A stretch of 20,000 nucleotides of DNA from an uncultured virus (IMG/VR IMGVR_UViG_2841800567_000007) (taxonomy: Duplodnaviria > Heunggongvirae > Uroviricota > Caudoviricetes). Shown in pieces: positions 19,171-20,000 of this stretch. Location of the stretch: IMG/VR virus record IMGVR_UViG_2841800567_000007; one strand, 5' to 3'. The position numbers and the translations under genes were made by a program. Numbering within the stretch: the first letter of the stretch is position 1; each line of letters starts with the position of its first letter. The notes below the pieces were generated by a model. That model did no database searches. It had not been told where the DNA came from and saw nothing but the letters and a program-made list of their open reading frames with translations.

Positions 19171-19558
19171 CACGGTAAAAGTAGACCAAAAACAGCAAAT
19201 AAGACGTAACATGCTGTAGCAGTGAACCACAGGAAAGAATAAACCTTCATCCAGTTATGTATTTTTATGTTTTTATCATCAAAGAAAGCATATCCGGGAT
19301 CGTTGTTTGCCATGAAGCTTATTTTTTTCTGTGACTTAATTTTATGAAGAACCGTAAGATTGGAAATACCCCAAAGAAGCCAGTGGTATAAAAGAAGGTG
19401 CAGGGGCCGGGGAAATCGTATTTTTCTCTATAAGCAGATACTAATTCGTAATAATCGTATCGTTTGAATGCATACATTATAAGTAACACAATAAGAAGAC
19501 AGCAGCCCATTCCCCCAAAAAATAACGATGTACCAGCCAATAATTTGTTAGTTATCAT
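19170..19558 (-). pseudogene. AT-rich membrane protein (~129 aa), frameshifted in an A7 tract
   Basis: MITNKLLAGTSLFFGGMGCCLLIVLLIMYAF...HRKK. Adding one A at 19322-19328 continues ISFMANNDPGYAFFDDKNIKIHNWMKVYSFLWFTATACYVLFAVFGLLLP*. IS481 sits 4 bp upstream of the ATG. Confidence 0.7.
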
Positions 19559-19562
19559 AATA

Positions 19563-20000
19563 TGTATTCGTCGCGACGTGATCTGACACCGGACCCTGCA
19601 AGGTTGGGGGTTACCGGTTCTGATATGGGTGTCGAATCCTTATACAAAACGCGAGGTCACCCTCATGCTCCATACTCACAATCCCATCATCAAACACAAA
19701 GCCGGCCTGCTCAATCTCGCCGAATAACCCGGTAACGTCTCAACAGCCTGCAAGAGCACGGGCGTGTCACGCGACACCTTCTACCGTTATCAGGAACTGG
19801 CTGCTGAAGGCGGCATTGACGCGCTGGTTAACCAGAGCCGTCGGGGTCCCAACCTGACGAACCGCGCCGACGAAGCCACTGAACGCGCGGTTGTTGAATA
19901 TGCCGTTGAGTTCCCGGCCCCCGGGCAGCACCGGACCAGTGATGAGCTGCGTAAAAAAGGCGTGTTTACCTCCGGCAGCGGCGTGCGCGCCATCTGGTAA
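19563..20000 (+). mobile_element. IS481-family element, third copy (degenerate, 5' part; runs off the window)
   Basis: Left end TGTATTCGTCGCGACGTGATCTGACA; ATG 19665; stops at 19725-19727 and 19998-20000. Confidence 0.93.

Noticed and set aside
1..20000. CRISPR array, tRNA, rRNA, retron or other ncRNA
   Set aside because: No regularly spaced repeats, cloverleaf, reverse transcriptase or recognisable RNA motif was seen by eye. An Rfam scan of 8990-9630 and 10156-11075 would be needed to exclude sRNAs.

Overview
A decaying enterobacterial chromosome segment. An Erwinia/Pantoea-type host is inferred from the AmsF/WceF-like gene; the organism cannot be fixed from sequence alone. Only queH, dcm, vsr and a few very small ORFs look intact. 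The rest is pseudogenes (ASCH-like 'morphogenetic' gene, yedI/DUF808, yodC, an exported protein, lysozyme, holin-like gene, AmsF/WceF-like tailspike glycanase, DinI-like gene, antiterminator Q remnant, a membrane moron) and eight IS copies or fragments: three IS481, two IS256, one IS91 nested in an IS256, one ISL3 fragment and one IS3. Four observations stand out. (1) A lysozyme + holin-like + signal-peptide-less tailspike-fold glycanase cassette with no phage structural genes resembles a type 10 (holin/hydrolase) secretion module for an EPS-modifying enzyme, now dead. (2) The degenerate IS copies show strong A/T->G/C drift. (3) A 100-bp patch carrying a nonsense codon is shared by an otherwise clean IS481 and a decayed copy, suggesting IS inactivation by gene conversion. 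(4) An intact 43-aa acidic microprotein resembles the redox-active C-terminal tail of ribonucleotide reductase alpha subunits. All alignments and counts were done by eye.
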